Assembly (NCBI RefSeq): GCF_001194135.2 | Contig: NC_068993.1 | Coordinates: 18,841,739-18,887,392, forward strand | Direction of reading: 5' to 3' | Length of the DNA stretch: 45,654 bases | DNA from: Octopus bimaculoides | Taxonomy: Eukaryota | Shown: in pieces, positions 9,801 through 22,700 of the stretch | Position numbering within the stretch: position 1 is the stretch's first letter | Layout: every line of letters begins with the position of its first letter | The notes under the pieces: generated by a model | The model's input: only the letters and a program-made list of their open reading frames with translations | What the model was told of the DNA's origin: nothing | The model's database searches: none | Made by a program: the position numbers and the translations under genes

Positions 9801-12270
9801 CATTGCCATGTGGTTTATTATATCAACATTTTTCAATTTAGAATGAAATATAGGACAAGTTTATTGTTTTGTATGAGACTAGCAAATTCAGATTCTATGC
9901 TGTACTTGGGAAACATAAAATTGGAGAGCTTCTTGCAAGATATTGCATGAACACAACTTATGACAACTAATCATGATCCTCCCAAATATGTAACCTGAAA
10001 GTTTGTTAGAGGATTGGGGTGGTAAGGGTAGCATGGATGGTAATATATTGAGCGGTAATTAATTTTGTTGATAAATGACCGAGTTCAGTATCTGCCAGTC
10101 AGCTCTGACATTGCATTTTATCCCACTGTTGGCCTACTTTATGCAGTTCAATAGACAACAGCTCCAATGCATTATCTGTTTATGTACAAAAGAGTGCTGA
10201 AAAGTTTCTGATTTTGGGTAAAAGAAAACACAGGAGGATCAGTTAATTATGATTTTATCCAACATAATCCCCTTGCAGATTCACGTATTTATTGCAGTGG
10301 TCTTTCAGTTTTTCTAAACTCAGTAAAAGAACTTGGAAGGTTGGGCCTCCAACCAGGCCTTTTGCAAAACCCTTTAAGCCAAGAACTTTTCGGTACCCTC
10401 TCGTATAGTGGGACATATTTGAGCTTTGTACAACATCCATTACCTAACAAAGTTAAATTATTTCTAGAAACATCAGGACTATGAAAACATGGCAGACTTT
10501 ATTTTTTCTAATTAGAATAGTCATTAAGTAACAAACTAAGCTACTGTTGATACATTAACACTAAAAAATACAACAAAAAAGAATTTTAAATTTATATGCT
10601 TTAAGTTAATAACTTTGGTGAAATTGTATTTTACTTCAATAGTTTTTAAATTCTTTTATCAAAAATTAGAGCGGAATTAAGTGTAACATAATTAGATATG
10701 TTAAAAGCCTTTTAGAGAGGCTTATCAGTGTATAAACCATAGGTTATTTGCAGTAAGCTTCTTAAGATATTAGTTTCCTGCCAGATATATCAAACAATAC
10801 AATAAATAATTGTTTTTTTTTTTTCTAGTAGGCTGTTGCATTTATAATTTCAGCTAGATTATGAGCAACAGAAAAATGTATTGTCAAATTTAGATTACTT
10901 ATATAAGTTGTGTAAGGGAGTAGACAATAATTCCCTTGACAAATTTCAAATTGATTTTCTTAGATCTAAGATCTTTATATTTACCACTTTTGGAATCATG
11001 TTTCTGATAAGACACCTATGTATTTCAATTAATTTTAAAAACAAAGGATTTGGTCAGATTTAGTAAAATAACTCAATATTATAAAAGGGGGCGAGCTGGC
11101 AGAATCATTAGCATGCCAGGCAAAATGACGCTAGGCATTTTGCCTTTCTTTACGTTCTGAGTTCAAATTCCACTGAGGTTCATCCTTTCAGGGTTGATAA
11201 AATTAGTACCAGTAGAGGATTGGGGTCAATGTAATTGACTTATCCCCTCCCCCAAAATTGCTGGCTTTGTGCCAAAATTTGAAATCAATATTAAGTTACT
11301 GTAAGGTGGTGAGCTAGTAGAATGCTGGGCAAAATGTTTTGCTGTATTTCGTTTGTTTCTTTGTTCTGAGTTCAAATTTTGCTGAGATTGACTTTGCCTT
11401 TCATCCTTTTAGAAGCAATAAAATAAGTACCAGTTGAGCACTGGGGTCAGATTAATTGACTTATCCCCTGCCCTGAAATTGCTGGCCTTGTGCCAAAATT
11501 TGAAATCAATATTAAGTTGCTGTTTTACTTAAAATTATAATGAAATATAAATATTTTTTTTTTTTTTAAATCTAAATGAGAGGTTGTATAACAACCAGAA
11601 GCAGTCACTGGCTGAATAACATCAACAGTGCTAAATATGTTTTATATATATATATATATACTTCCTTTAGAATTTCTGTTGCTTGGCTCTGGCAGCAACA
11701 AAATGCCTGCCTTAGATATGGACTTTGTCAGTTCACTGCATTGAAAAAATATGTAATTTTTGAAGAATATTTAATATAAGACTCTGTATAGATCAGTTTA
11801 TTTTGTTGGATTATTTTAATATTTCCTTTTTTAGGGACTTATTAAAGGCAGCATTACTCTATCTCCAGCATTTAATTGTTTTTCAGGTGAGGGATTTTTC
11901 ATGCTTTGAAAGCACTGAATGACTCCTCATAATGTTAACAGAGAATGTAAACATCATATCGTCGTTTCACTCTGGCGAACACATACACATACGTGCATAT
12001 GTATATTACATGTGTCTGTACAATGTAGGGTTAGGTGCAGGTATGGCTGTGTGGTAAGAAGCTTGTTTCTCAACATGTATCTTCTACTATAGCCTTGGGC
12101 CAACCAAAGCCTTGTGAGTGGATTTGGTAGATGGAAACTGAACGAAGCTCATCGTATATAGCTGTGTGTGTTTTGTGTCTGTGTTTGTCCTACCATCACC
12201 ACCATCATCCTGCCAACACACTGCTGTTGGTGTGTTTTCGTTCCCATAACTTAGCAGTTTGTTATTTATT

Positions 12271-12301
<31 letters not shown>

Positions 12302-12775
12302 TATGTGTGGAGGCCTGTTAATATATATAATAGGCTTTCATACAATTTCTGCCTTGCAGTTTCACTTATAAAGCATTTGCCAGTCCGGGGCTCTGTAGAA
12401 GACAGCCAAGGTGCTGTACAGTGGACCTGAACCTGAAGCCATATGGTTGGCAAGCATCCACAAAACTGTGTCTTTGGATTACCATTGTTTCTTATTCCTT
12501 CAATAGGAATCGAACTATCAACAAATGCTTTCTGTGTTTTTTAAAAACAATAACCTATTTATTTTCTGTTTGTTTTAGTCGTGACTGGATCAACAGATGG
12601 AATTGGTAAAGCCTATGCAGAAGAAGTAAGTATATACGTTTTACTCTATCAACTAAATACCATTTTGTTTTACTTCCACCCTTTTTCTCATTGTGTCATG
12701 ATGCATGCTGTTTTTGTTTTCATTAATGTTGGTATGTTGAGTTTCTTTTAGACTAAATACATATGGTGTTACCTT

Positions 12776-12809
<34 letters not shown>

Positions 12810-12915
12810 TTATCATCATAATTTAGCATCTACTTTCCATGCTTGAATGGGTTAAACAGTTTCACTGAAACTGGTAAGCTGGAGAGCTGCTCCATGTTCC
12901 AGTCTGATTTAGAAT

Positions 12916-13002
<87 letters not shown>

Positions 13003-13688
13003 TTGTGGAAGAGGGATTCCATTGGTTGCGTGCATCACATTGATGGATCTCAAGTTTAATGGATATAATGAATTGTGGACGTTATAAAGATAAATTTACG
13101 AATGTTTTGAATGTGTGCGCATGCACATTAGAATCTTTAGACAACTGCATTGTACTACAGTTACTAAAGTTTGACATCACTGTCTGTAGTTCAGCTACAG
13201 ATTCTGGTGTCGTCATTTCTGCTTATTAGAAACAGTGATGTTTGCTAACATTTTTGCAATCTACAAATCATCTGTTAGTTCTGTGCATTACTTAAAAGAA
13301 CAAGTGAAGCTAGCATAAAGACGAACATCTGACCATTAAATTGAGATTCTTTTGCCTATTATAATAATATAACATCATACCTTTAACGAGGCTAATGTTT
13401 TCATAACGATTGTTTGGCAAAAGAGACTGATAGAATAAGTACTAGGCTTGCAAAAAGTAAGTTCTGGGGTTGATTTTTTTAACTAAAAACCCTTTAAGGT
13501 GGTGCTCCAGCATGGCCACAGTAAAATGCCTGAAATAAAGTAAAAGAATGTGTTTTCGATCGGCTAGATCTTCATTTTAGCACAACATGTGAAGTTTATA
13601 ATTCACTCATCACAGGTACCTGAAAGAATCTGTATAAAATAGTTTATTAGTTGAGTAAGCCTTTACTTCCCCTAACCTGCTGTAAAAG

Positions 13689-13723
<35 letters not shown>

Positions 13724-16700
13724 CTGGTAGTTCCTGTTTGGCCAAGTAACAAGGGAAATGATCAATAACTACAAGTAACATGATAGCAATGTTATCTGTC
13801 TGATAGACTTGTATTCTAATGCAAACAACATTGTTTGGTTGTTAAGAGAAATCATAAGATAATAGTTTTATTTTCCCTCCACTTTCCTCAGTAATTGAAA
13901 TATTTCATGACTCTACATTTCAGACGGAGAGTATACAATGGTGAAACTCGATATGTTTAGTTTATCTAGATACTTCACTGTATAATTAATGGAAAAGATA
14001 ATCTAAGAAGTAACAGAACATTTGTGTATGTTTGTGTATATGTATGCACACATACATATACATACATACACAGCCGTTTGGTAGAGTTGTTAGAGTGTCA
14101 GATACGATGCCTTATGGTACTTCTTTGATACTGTGCTCTGAGTTCAAGTCTTGCTAGGGTCCATTTTGCTTTTCACCCTTTAACTCTTTAAGCATTTAGA
14201 TTACTTTGTCAAATATAATGCTTATTTAATGACGTTGTTTTCAATTAATCTTACATAATATCTCATAGCTTTGAGACTTCAATGGCATGATTGTTTATTT
14301 TCAGAATGACATTGTTAGGTAGTTGTGAAAGGCCAGATCTGGCTGGTTTGGACATATAACAAGAATATTTGGGTCAGATATGGCTAGTTTAATGATAAAA
14401 GGTTAGACGTTGATTAAAACAACTACCGATCTCAGATGGAGGATTAGTGGAATGGCAGAAACATTGGACTGAAAGGCGGCGAGCTGCCAGAAACGTTAGC
14501 ACGCCGGGCGAAATGCTTAGCAGTATTTCATCTGCCGTTACGTTCTGAGTTCAAATTCTGCCAAGGTTGACTTTGCCTTTCATCCTTTCGGGGTCGATAA
14601 ATTAAGTACCAGTTACGCACTGGGGTCGATGTAATCAACTTAATCCCCTTGTTTGTCTCCTATGTTTGGCCCCTTGTGGGCAATAAAGAAATAAGAAATA
14701 TTGGACTGAATGTCTTCCATATTTTGTATTGGCTTTGTGTGTGTGTGTGTGCATGTGTCTGGCTATTTGTATGTATATGTGTGTGCATATATTTGTATGT
14801 ATGATTGTGAATATGATAAACAATTTGATTTCCGTTGGGATTTACCAGTGAAGACTTTACCTTCATATAGTGTATCTTAGTTATTTTGCAACTGCTACTT
14901 ACACATAGCTTTACATTGATTTTCAAAAGGTGAGGTGTTCTGGGTATTTTTACATACACACTATTACCTTTTTTTTTCCTGATAATTATGAATCGAACGA
15001 AGAAAACTTATGCAATTCATGTTTGTATGAAAAAAAAAAAAAAATCATTCATGGGACATAACTCTGCCTTAAGTTAATTCCTCTTGCCTGCCGTCTGCAT
15101 ATGTTAGTGACCTAAATTGTCTGTTTTATTAATATAATTTGAAACGCCTAATGTACATTCAAATTCTACTTTACTGGGATGAGTAGTTATGTCTTATTTA
15201 TTTCTATAGTAAATATTTGGACTGCCAGGTACATTAAGAACCTGATGGTTGCTTAAATTAGTGCTACTCGAAGTGGTGGTCCATGGACTGGTGCCGGTCC
15301 GTGAGCCGGCACCAGCTGCTGGTACATGGCGAGTTTCCAAGAATGAAAAAAAACATAAAATGCACATGTAATATTGTATTATTTGTTTACAAAATGAATA
15401 TAAGATAAAAAGAAAATTGTCAACTTTTATTGTATTCATTATATATATTGTTTCCGGTACAAATTGATATTACTAAAAAATATTACCGGTCCCTGGCACA
15501 TTTGAAAAAAAAAAAAAAAAAAAGATGACTGCCGCTATGCCACATCAGTTAGTTTGAGAAGCACTGGTTAAAATAACAGAAAGGTATTGAGAGCACTTTT
15601 AAAATATAAATTTAGCTCTCAAACCAAACTTTATTCTAATATTTTCTCAATGATTCCACTAACTCAAAGATAATCAAATGAAATACTCATGAATATTTAT
15701 CTTCCAAAATATGGTTAATTCTCTAAAAGGTATAATCCTTTTAATAATAGTTCATCTCAGATGTTTAAAGTTTGGAATAATAATTTGCTTTAAATTATTT
15801 ATATCTAGGTTAATAAAATAATTTATTTTTTGGATGAGTTTTTTTTCATTGTTAAGTTTTGATTCATTTTATTTAAAAAGAAAGTTTATATTTTTAAAAT
15901 TCTGTATGTAGTCAGTCAGGTCATTGAGGTATGGCTATCCTGGCACACAATCTTCAAAATCAATTATATGAATCTCAATTTTCATTTCTATCGAACTGCT
16001 AAGTTACAAGACAAAGATATAAGTGCACACAGCTTATACTAAACATACACACACACACACTTATGTACAGAGTTTCTACTTACTAAATTCCGCTCACTAC
16101 ACTTTGGGTAACCTAAGACTACAGTTGAAAAGATTAGCCCAAAGTACCTTGCTGATGGATTGAACCTGGTACCTGACCTCCTCAACCAAACTACTGAGGC
16201 TGCATGTAGTACAGTGATGCTAATTTTCTTTTTTTAGTTCAATGTGTTGAAATTTTAATTTCTTTAATAATTCTGTTATTGAAGTATCACATGTACACAT
16301 ACAACTATTTATTGTGTATTTTTGCATAGGAATTTCATTAAAAAGTTTTTCATGTATCACCTAAAAACCTGTAGGTGTGTTACAGGTGTGCCATCATTGG
16401 TCTGGAATGGCATTAGTTTGTCTTAATTTTAGTTTTTGTTAATCTTAGTAATTATGCTGCCATTGTTTCTTACAATATTTTATCTTCATTGCACTCATCA
16501 CATTTATAATTATTTATCATGTAATTAAAGAATGGATTTTGTAAGTTTTTATATTTTATTATTTCTTCCTTAACAGTTGGCATCAAAGGGTTTGAACATT
16601 GTTTTAATAAGTAGAAGTCCAGAAAAACTAGCTGCTGTTGCCAAAGAAATTGGTAAATATATCTTTTTAAATGTTATTTAAAATGTATTTTGTAAGTAAT

Positions 16701-19700
16701 ATACAAACTTAATGTTGTTCTTATCTGAACTAAGTAAAAGCTAATATCTTCTGTTCCTTCTGTTTTCAATCTTGGTTGTCATTATTATTAACTATGTCAG
16801 CAGTATTTGTTGTAGCTTTTGCATATTGACTGAGGAAGATAAAATAGTAACTAGTAAACTTATGTGGTTAAGCCTACCAAGAAATTCTTTCCCAGTGCAT
16901 ACTCTTTACTCTTTTACTTGTTTCAGTCATTTGACTGTGGCCATGCTGGAACACCGCCTTTAGTCGAGCAAATTAACTCCATGACTTATTCTTTGTAAGC
17001 CTAGTACTTATTCTGTCGTTCTCTTTTGTCGAACCGCTAAGTTACGGGGACGTAAACACACCAGCACTGGTTGTCAAGCGATGTTGGGGACACACACACA
17101 CACACATATATATATACGATGGGCTTCTTTCAGTTTCCGTCTACCAAATCCACTCACAAGGCTTTGGTTGGCCCGAGACTATAGTAGAAGACACTTGCCC
17201 AAGGTGCCATGCAGTGGGACTGAACCCGGAACCATATGGTTGGTAAGCAAGTGACTTACCACACACCCACTCCTATGCCATGATTAACAATTTGATCTCT
17301 TAATTATCTGCTTTAAATTCATCCTAAGACTTCCCTTTATCTCTTTGCTATTCCTCATTGGTGACTTGTGTGAGGCAAAGTGCTTACTGAGATAATTTAA
17401 CTACCAACAATTGTTTTCTACAAATATTAGTTTCAAATTTTGGCGCAAGGCCAGCAAGTTAAAGGGAGGAGGCTAGTCGATTATATCAATCCCAGTGCTC
17501 AACCAGTACTTATTTGATCGACTTTGAAAAGATAAAATGCTAAGTTCACCTTGGTGGAATTTGAACTCAGAACAAAAGACAGATGAAAAGCTGCTAAGTA
17601 TTTTGCCCAGTGTGCTAATGATTCTGCCAGCTCACCATCTTAATTTTCTACAAATATTATCAGAAACCTATTGGTTGTGAAGAAGTTTCAAAGTTTCTCA
17701 GTAAGCCATTATATAAAGCCAACATTTTGGATCAAGTGTCCTAATGTATTTTTCTTGTCAACGCCCAATTGCTGTTTGCTGGTTACATTATCTTCAGTTC
17801 AAACTGGACTACAGCTTTTGTGTTGTTGTCCAAGGCAAAGTTGTTTAGCTCCAAGATAGCCACTGATTGAACAGACATTTGATTGAAAACTATCCAGTAG
17901 TGACCATCCTGTCATTTCTCCAGGCATGTTGCACCCATGGGTACATTATGCAATGTATCTATTCCTAAGATGGTAGTAATATTTGAAGTAATATGGCTGC
18001 TGTTTCTAGCAGAATGGGCAACCACGTGGAAGCACTATCATTGGCTTATGCACGCACCATGGTTGTTTTTGTTTAGCTCCAGATCAGCTCTGATCAAGGA
18101 GATTTATGATTAAAGGTATTCGAGCTGCCTCCTTCCTGTCTTTTTAAGGGTGTGTAGGACCTTATAGTCTGGTATGTATTCTCTTTATTTCAGACATCAG
18201 GGTGGTATTTGAGGGAGATTTGGCTGCAATTTCTAGTTAGTTGAGTTTAATAAAAGTCTCCTCATATCTCTCAGAAACAGTACTTGTTAAATTATCATTG
18301 ATATATTATTGTCTTGTCCAAATGCAACAACTTTTGCTGTATGCTGGCCTTATCAATTCGTCGTCATCGTCGTCGTCGTCGTCCTCCTCCTCTTCCTCCA
18401 ACGTTCATTTTCCATCCTGGCATGAGTTGGATTGTTTGACCAGAGCTGACAAGCTGGAGAGCTGCACCAGTTTCCAGTCTGATCTGGCTTGGTTTCTATG
18501 GTCAGATGCCCTTCCTAACACCAACCACTTCACAATGTGTGCTGGGTGCTTTTAACGTGAAGCCAGCACGAGCACTTCTACATGGCACTGGCACAAGTGC
18601 TTTTTAAGTGACACCAGCGCAGGGCTCTTACAGGCCAATCCTCTTCATCAGGGGAAGTGGCCTTAACGCTTCTGTAATTTGTGTAAAATTTTCCTATCAG
18701 TGGTTATGAAGTATTAGTCTTACTATCTGTTTTGGTACATGTCGTACTGGTCATTCTTGTGTTCCAATATGTTTTGTGACATCTACCACCATGTCTCAAA
18801 AATAAATTCTTTAAATGTTGCCAGTCATATGAATTACCATGCTGTTGTGTAACTTCTGGCCGAGCATGATTGAACAACCTATGAGTAAATGTGATCTAGC
18901 CATAACCATCTCATCAATTTAAGGATATCTAAGCGCTTCATTATCTTTTGTATCTTTTTCCTATTTATGACATGATTTCTGATAGATCTGGCTGCTACTT
19001 CTAGTTATTCAAGTGACCACTTAGAAACCCCTTGCATTGACTGGAGATTGCTATCATACGGTATTAAACTAATTTTTCTGTATTTCTTCTATTTCTATAT
19101 TTCATTGTATTTTTATTTTTTACATTACAGAGACTACTTATAAAGTTGAAACCAAAACAATTACTATGGATTTTTCTGATAGAAGATTAAATTATGGTGA
19201 AATAAAATCAGTATTAAAGGATATGAAAATCTCTACATTAGGTAATATTGTCACTTTTTTTCTTTCATTACTCTCACTAGAACATCCTACTATTAAAGTG
19301 GTAGGATGTTTGTTTGAGACTTGAGTTCAGGCCAAATAATTAGGATTCCTTAGTAATCATGAGGATTTTTACAAATCAGTGGCCTTTCTAGTGTTGATGG
19401 TATGATAAAAGGCACCCAGCTCATATGGCAAACTGTTTAGTGATAGGAAGAGCATCTAAGTGCAGGAATGGCTGTATGGTGAGAAGTTTGCCTCCCAGCC
19501 ACATGGTTCTGGGTTCAGTCCCACTCATGCTAATGACCAAGACCTTTGGCATTATGTTGTGCTTGAGAAGAAGACCCATCAAGCCGAGCAAAATCAGTCG
19601 TGGCAGATAATGGTGTCATGCAAATGGCACCCGTGCTGGTGGCATGTAAGAGCACCCATTACACTCTCGGAATAGTTGGCGTTAGGAAGGGCATCCAGGC

Positions 19701-22700
19701 CTAGAAAACCATGCCAAATCATACTGGAGCCTGGTGCAGCCTTCCAGTGTGCAAGCCCAGTCAAACCATCCAACTCATGCCAGCATAGACAAAGGATGTT
19801 AAATGATGATGATGATAATGAAATATATAAATAACAAGCTCTGTGTAAATAAATAATTTTATTTTATGTATGTATAATTTTTGTACATGTTCATTTTTCT
19901 TTCCTTACTCTTTTACTTGTTTCAATCATTTGACTGCGGCCATGCTGGGGCACCGCCTTTAGTCAAGCAAATCAACCCCAGGACTTATTCTTTGTAAGCC
20001 TAGTACTTATTCTATTGGTCTCTTTTTGCCAAACCGCTAAGTTACGGGGATGTAAACACACCAGCATCGATTGTCAAGCGAAGTTGGGGGGGACAAACAC
20101 AGACAGACAAACATATACACACACATACATACATTTACATATACATATATACGACAGGCTTCTTTCAGTTTCCGTCTACCAAATCCACTCACAAGGCTTT
20201 GGTCGGCCCGAGGCTGTAGTAGAAGACACTTGCCCAAGATGCCCTGCAGTGGGACTGAACCCGGGACCTTATTGTAAAGAAATTTTAAGATTAATAAAAG
20301 AACAGTTAAACTACATTTACTGGTAGAAGTTTCAGTACAAAAAACAGAGTAAAAATTTATTATAAAATTAGTTTTGATTGTGATTTCAAGTCTTACCTAA
20401 TTAACCTGATTGAATAAGCTGTTGAGCAAACATTTCAAGTTAAAGATTATTTTTTAATTAATTTTCTGTGGAAGCTTTTATACCTTTTCCAGTGAATTTT
20501 TTACATTATTTTCTTAGTTCTACATTAGGTTGTTTGGTTGTACAAAGCTGCATATTTTACATTAATTGCTAGAACATGTAGTGTGCTGCTGAATGATAAT
20601 GGTATGGCATCAGTGTATTTTAGGTTTAGTTAGGATGAAGTTGGAATGAATTAGTTTGTCTTTGACTTTGAATCTGTGATCTTTGGGTCAGTAATACAAC
20701 ACCATAACTACACTTTAGCATTTCTCAAAATTCCATTAAGATGCTTTCTTTTATGATTAATTTTTTTGAAATTCAATCCTCAGCCTCCTGACATGTTTGT
20801 GACGATCTCTAATTGAATTTATTTTATTTGTTTTCCTCCCATAGTGAACAATGTGGGTGTTTCTTACCAATACCCTGAATATCTTCTAGACATTCCAGAC
20901 AGAGAAAAGGTTATCATTTTTATTATTATTATCATTATTATTATTTGTATTATTCACGTTTTTATTGTTAGTGAGAGCAGTAAACTTCTGTTGGGTTAGA
21001 GATTCAGTTTTGTTTTCATTCCTATTTCTAATCATTTCATTTCCCTGCAGTCATTCATCTTTGTTTGGTAAAGGCCAAACTGTTTAAATACCCATTTTTC
21101 ACTGAAGGTGAATAAAAGCCTTCTTGCCCATGTTAAGAAATATTCTGGCAGAATCATTAATGCTGCAGTCAAATTGCATAGCGGCATCTGTTCCAGCTTT
21201 TTAGGCTTCAAGTTCAAATACTGTTCAGGTCAACTTTGCTTTACTTTTTGGGCTTGATTAAATAAAATACTTGTCCAGTACTGGAGTTGATGTAATTGAA
21301 CTTGTCCTTTGAGTGCGGGAGCTTGCTCCAAAATTTGAAACCATTATTATGAAGGTGGTGAGCTGGCAGAAGTGTTAGCATACTGGGCAAAATGCTGAGT
21401 GATATTTTGTCTGTCTTTACGTTCTGAGTTCAAATTCCGCAAAGGTTGACTTTGCCTTTCATCCTTTCGAGGTCAATAAAAATAAGTACCTGTTGGACTC
21501 TGGGATCGATGTAATTGACTTGTCTCCTCCTCCAAATTTCAGGCCTTGTGCCTATACTAGAAAGGATTATTATTGTTATTAAGGTGGTGAGCTGGCAGAA
21601 TCGTTAGCATGCAGAATGAAATGCTTAGCGGTATTTCGCCTGTTACTGCATTCTGAGTTGAAATTCCTCCAAGGTCGACTTTGCTTTCATCCTTTTGGGG
21701 TCGATAAAATAAGTACCAGTTGTGTATTGGTTCATGTAATCGAGTTACCCCCTCCCCCAAATTTCGTAGAAAGGATTATTATTGTTGTTATCATGAAAAG
21801 CTGTGGTTTTAGCAGACTCCTTAGAGCATTGGAAAAAAGGGCTTTTAAGTACATTTTGCAGGCTCTTTGTTTTGATTTCAAATCCTTTGCCTTTTGTCCC
21901 TGTGGTGGGGGTCAGTCAAATAAAGTACCAGCCAATTATTGGGGTTGATGGTATCGAACCCAACCTTCCCTCAAAATTACTGGCCATCTGTCTATATCAG
22001 AATCCATAATTATTATGTTTATTATTATGTTTATTATTATTATACACTGATATATTGACAGTAACGACAAAGATAAGAAAACCAGTCTTGGATATTTGTC
22101 TATAAGTATGTATGTGTGTATTAATTATATTTTTTAACATATTTTCTTTTTTTTTTTTCCAGGCTCTTCTTGATTTGATTTGGATCAATGTGATCTCTAT
22201 GACAATGGTGAGTCCTTACTGTAATATCTATTATACAAAATAGACCTGTGTGTATGTGTATTCACTTTTCACGCAAAAAACGGCCATGCAAATTAGTTCC
22301 ATTCTTGGGATGCATGAATAATTTGACCTCAGATACATAATAGGGTCTTCATTTTAGATTTTTATTAAGAATAAATAATATTGCTTTATAGATATGGTTC
22401 ACTTCTTTAAAACGGTTGCTTAATGTCAACTTCCGATATTGACATAGCTACTACCTAAGCAATATTACTGTATTTTAATGTGTATAAGGAACTCCGTAAT
22501 TTTTTGGGCTTAAAATTTGGGAAAAACGTTCTACCTGTTTTATGTTCAAACCGGACAGATCCAGCCTCTCACAACTACCCTACAATGTCATAAGAATAAA
22601 CAATGGCATCATTGAAATCTCACAGATACAAGGTAACGCATGATTATTTCAAAGCAATATCAATGAGTAAGCTTTATATTTGGAAGAGTAATCTAAATGC

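Noticed and set aside
18361-18400. Poly-Ser ORF (18241-18555) and other His/Thr, Val/Cys or Ile/Tyr repeat ORFs
   Set aside because: These are translations of (TCG/TCC)n SINE tails and dinucleotide microsatellites.
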